Shown: positions 62,150-64,000 of the stretch, one piece after another
How positions within the stretch are numbered: the stretch's first letter is position 1
Layout: the number at the start of each line of letters is the position of its first letter
Assembly (NCBI RefSeq): GCF_022045235.1
Contig: NW_027266275.1
Span: forward strand, 69,688,001 to 69,752,000
Direction of reading: 5' to 3'
Source: Haliotis cracherodii
Lineage: Eukaryota
Length of the DNA: 64,000 bases
Notes under the pieces: generated by a model
The model's input: the letters and a program-made list of their open reading frames with translations, nothing else
Told to the model about the DNA's origin: nothing
Database searches by the model: none
Program-made: the position numbers and the translations under genes

Positions 62150-64000
62150 GAGTACTCATTTTGTGCATAGAACTCACCTGGGTATTCACACTGTGAATTT
62201 AGCACACCTGAGCATTCACACTGTGGAAAAATCACACCTGAGTAGTCACACTGTGCATGTACCACACCTGAGTATTCACTTTGTCCATATACCACACCTG
62301 AGTATTCATGCTGTGGATATACCACACCTGAGTATTCATATTGCGAATATACCACACCTGAGTATTCACTTTGTCCATATACCACACCTGAGTATTCACA
62401 CTGTGCATATACCACACCTAAGAATTCATACTGTGCATATAACACACCTGAGTATTCATATTGTCCATATGCCACATCTGATTATTCACAGTGTCCGTTA
62501 CACACCTGAGTATTCACACTGTGCATATAACACACCTGAGTATTCACATTGTCCATATACCACACCTGAGTATTCACATTGTCCATATGCAACACCTGAG
62601 TATTCAAACTGTGCATATACCACCTCCGAGTATTCATACTGTGCATATTCCACACCTGCATATTCACACTGTGCATATACCTCAACTTAGTATTCATACT
62701 GTGCACATACCACACCTGAGTATTCATACTGTGCATATTCCACACCTGAGCATTCATAATGTGCATATTGCACACCTGATTATTCATACTGTGAATATTC
62801 CACACCTGAGTATTCATACTGTGCACATACCACTCCTGCATATTCACACTGTGCATATACCTCACCTTAGTATTCATACTGTGCATATAACAAACCTGTG
62901 TATTCATACTGTGCATATACCACACCTGAGTATTCATACTGTGCATATTCAACACCTGAGTATTCATACTGTGCACATACCACACCTGAGTATTCATACT
63001 GTGCATATTCCACACCTGAGCATTCATAATGTGCATATTGCACACCTGATTATTCATACTGTGAATATTCCACACCTGAGTATTCATACTGTGCACATAC
63101 CACTCCTGCATATTCACACTGTGCATATACCTCACCTTAGTATTCATACTGTGCATATAACAAACCTGTGTATTCATACTGTGCACATACCACTCCTGTG
63201 TATTCATACTGTGCATATACCACCCCCGAGTATTCATACTGTGCATATTCCATACTTGAGTATTAATACTGTGCATAGTCCACACCCGAGTATTCATCCT
63301 GTGCATATACCACCCCCGAGTATTCATACTGTGCATATTCCATACTTGAGTAATCATACTGTGCATAGTCCACACCCGAGTATTCATACTGTGCATATTC
63401 CACAACTGAATTTTCATACTGTGCATATAACACACATAAGTATTCATACTGTGCATAGTCCACACCCGAGTATTCATACTGTGCATATTCCACACCTGAG
63501 TGTTCATACTGTGCATATAGCACACCTGCGTATTCATATTGTGCATATACCACAGCTGAGTATTCATATTGTGCATATATCACACCTAAATATTCATACT
63601 GTGCATATATCACACCTGAGTATTCATATTGTGCATATGCCAAACCTGAGTATTCATACTGTGCATATAGCACACCTGAGTATTCATACTAAGCTTATAG
63701 CACACACTAGTATTCATACTGTGCATATACCACACCTGAGTATTCATACTGTGCATATACCACACCTGAGTATTCATACTGTCCATATACCACATGTGAA
63801 TATTCACATTGATCGACGAACAAATGTGAGTATTCATCGAACACATGTGAGTATTCATAGAACATATGTGAGTATTTATGTGACACATGTGAGTATTCAA
63901 AGAACTCATGTGAGTATTCATAGAGCGCATGTGAGCATTCATATGACACATGTGAGTTTTCATAGAACACATGTGAGTATTCATGTGACACATGTGAGTA
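62150..64000. repeat. 30-bp minisatellite (about 54 copies) grading into a related 21-bp repeat at ~63790
   Basis: Unit TATTCATACTGTGCATATACCACACCTGAG, then ACACATGTGAGTATTCATAGA. Confidence 0.97.

Noticed and set aside
62029-63993. ORFs up to 364 aa with 10-residue repeats (MHSMNTQVWY, YAQYEYSGVV)
   Set aside because: 30-bp intronic minisatellite, open in several frames, with no signal peptide or unique domain.

Overview
Animal nuclear DNA: AT-rich, long spliceosomal introns, SINE-dense. The repeat content suggests a mollusc, possibly abalone-like, but that is inference. Two host genes are supported. (1) A gelsolin/villin-family gene on +, with eight GT-AG coding exons from 27927 to 59012 that splice into an open 210-aa stretch covering domain G1 and most of G2; it continues past the window. 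(2) A small calmodulin-like two-EF-hand gene on -, coding exon 6880-7087. The two are divergent, with a CpG-rich putative promoter near 10.1-11.6 kb. The rest is mobile DNA and tandem repeats: four short retroposon families (A-D) with related 3' ends, a CORE-type SINE, a TSD-bounded Mutator-like element carrying a LINE RT fragment, Penelope-like relics (Naiad-type RT and a minimal hammerhead), an R4/Dong-like LINE 3' end, Tc1 and Merlin relics, MITEs and several minisatellites. Most listed ORFs are artefacts of these repeats. The most interesting signal is family C: it has no tRNA head, starts at nearly the same base in independent insertions, and its first ~70 nt fold into a compact pseudoknot that I could not fit to hammerhead, HDV, twister, pistol or hatchet cores. 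It is a candidate undescribed ribozyme or cis-acting RNA.
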